DNA from: Paraspadella gotoi
Taxonomy: Eukaryota; Animalia; Chaetognatha
Reading direction: 5' to 3'
NCBI GenBank assembly: GCA_051294375.1
Contig: JBJCIZ010000790.1
Span: 1-9,737 of the forward strand
Length of the DNA: 9,737 nucleotides
Shown here: piece after piece, positions 8,507 to 9,737 of the stretch
Layout: every line of letters begins with the position of its first letter
Numbering within the stretch: the stretch's first letter is position 1
Made by a program: the position numbers and the translations under genes
The notes under the pieces: generated by a model
Told to the model about the DNA's origin: nothing
The model's database searches: none
What the model saw: the letters and a program-made list of their open reading frames with translations, nothing else

Positions 8507-8826
8507 ATACACAGCTATAAACAAGGCTCTATGGCAATTAACACTTATTTCGACTCAAAAATCTCTCTCTACCGTCCTTGTTTACTTCAACTCCCATGTC
8601 AAACCTGGCCCTTCTATCCCTATCAATAAGTAGTATATGATATATTCATTATGCTAAAGCGATGTCTTTATCAATATTGAGAGTATGAAAGACACACGCC
8701 TTAAGTATCTAGAATGTCGCACGGAGAATACTATATTGTACTTCGCACTAGCATCAATATACAAAAAGCTGAGTTTTATGAAATTGGTACAAATAAAAAT
8801 ATTATCTATTCAATTAATAAATAAGC

Positions 8827-8889
8827 TATCTTGTCCCTGACTTTGGACAGGCTTTGGTGTTTTAAGGCCTCCATCACACTTAAAAGATA
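8827..8889 (-). ncRNA. Twister ribozyme (P5-type), family B
   Basis: Minus strand: TATCTT-tt-aa-GTGT-GA-TGG-AGGCCT-TAA-AAC-AC-CAAAG-CCTG-T-CCA-AA-GT-CAGG-gac-AAGATA. P5 TATCTT/AAGATA, T1 TGG/CCA, T2 AC/GT, P4 CCTG/CAGG, minimal P3, imperfect P2. Predicted cut between 8864 and 8863. Confidence 0.72.
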
Positions 8890-8972
8890 ATAACATTAAT
8901 AATAATATTCATTAATTAATCCATTAATTTACTAATTAAAACATTTATGAGTAAGCATAAATAATAAATTTT

Positions 8973-9673
8973 AAAGTCAACTTGACTTTGATTTTTTTAA
9001 TACAAACTCATTTCCACTCCTCTATTCCATCAAAACTTTATGCTGCTCAATCACACACTTTCCTACCTACACACAAAATTTCATCTCAATCTATCCATTC
9101 AATTTTAAATAATTTGAGTAATTATGAGTTGAAATTAGTAAAAAGATTCAAGTAATTGTGACTTATATTTTTTTCCATTTAAACTAATTTTCACTCGCAC
9201 GATTCCATCGAAACTTTATATCCAGGTTCGTCACACACTTTTCCACCAACACACAAAATTTCATCTCAATCTATCCATCCAATTATTATTAATTAGTGTA
9301 ATTATGGGTTAAAATTAATAAAAAGATTCAAGTAATTGTGACTTATATTTTTTTCTATTTAAACTCATTTCCACTCGCACGATTCCATCGAAACTTTATA
9401 TCCAGCTCAATCACACACTTTCCTACCCAAGTACCCATACACAAAATTTTATTCCAATGCAACCATCCAATCTAGAGTACTTGGAGTTTTTGCTAAGGGA
9501 GAACGGACTGACAGAAAGACAGACGGACGGACGGACATCATTTTTTTTTTAATAATTTATCATAATTTGATGTTCTGACATGATTTAAGTTAATGCCCGA
9601 CAAGATTGAGGGGGCGGACCGACAAAGTGAATTATAGAGTCGGAATCTGCTGATAAGCAGATCCCACTAAAAA
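8973..9673 (+). mobile_element. Helentron-associated non-autonomous element (HINE/DINE-1-like) with internal satellite
   Basis: Palindrome AAAGTCAA-c-TTGACTTT (8973-8989), ~180-bp tandem repeats, GACA/GACG microsatellite (9503-9537), subterminal AAGTGAATTATA (9625-9636), terminal hairpin with core ATCTGCT-gata-AGCAGAT (within 9638-9668), then an A5 run. The left boundary is uncertain. Confidence 0.7.
9004..9471. repeat. Tandem repeat, ~180-bp unit, about 2.6 copies
   Basis: Units start at 9004, 9181 and 9361 (aaactcatttccactc...tcacacactttcc...acacaaaatttcatctcaatctatcca...gtgacttatatttt). Confidence 0.93.
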
Positions 9674-9737
9674 TCCAAGTTTATCCAAATGATAATAAAT
9701 AATTTACCTGAAGATCTCTTGGGTGGAAGATAATGGC

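Noticed and set aside
9708-9737. CTGAAGA hammerhead-like start at the window end
   Set aside because: No GAAA follows within the window and the sequence is truncated.

Overview
AT-rich, non-coding eukaryotic DNA, probably from an invertebrate (inferred from repeat types). Copies of the same repeat differ mostly by indels, which suggests a noisy long read or unpolished assembly. None of the supplied ORFs is credible. The main content is a family of ~670-bp non-autonomous LTR mini-elements (TRIM-like: LTR, tRNA-Trp-like PBS, ~185-bp internal region, PPT, LTR). There are two full copies in convergent orientation (3951-4620 +, 5930-6694 -) and one partial LTR (8192-8408 -). Each LTR carries a tRNA-derived Pol III head followed immediately by a motif that fits a P5-type twister ribozyme. 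A second repeat with different sequence (8434-8506 and 8827-8889, -) fits the same twister fold with compensatory changes in both pseudoknots. In both families P1 is reduced to a 6-nt palindrome, which suggests cleavage as a dimer. Together this looks like a twister-based retrozyme system. The rest of the window is GA microsatellite/complex satellite, two minisatellites and Helentron/DINE-1-like elements. All folds were assigned by eye; no search was run.
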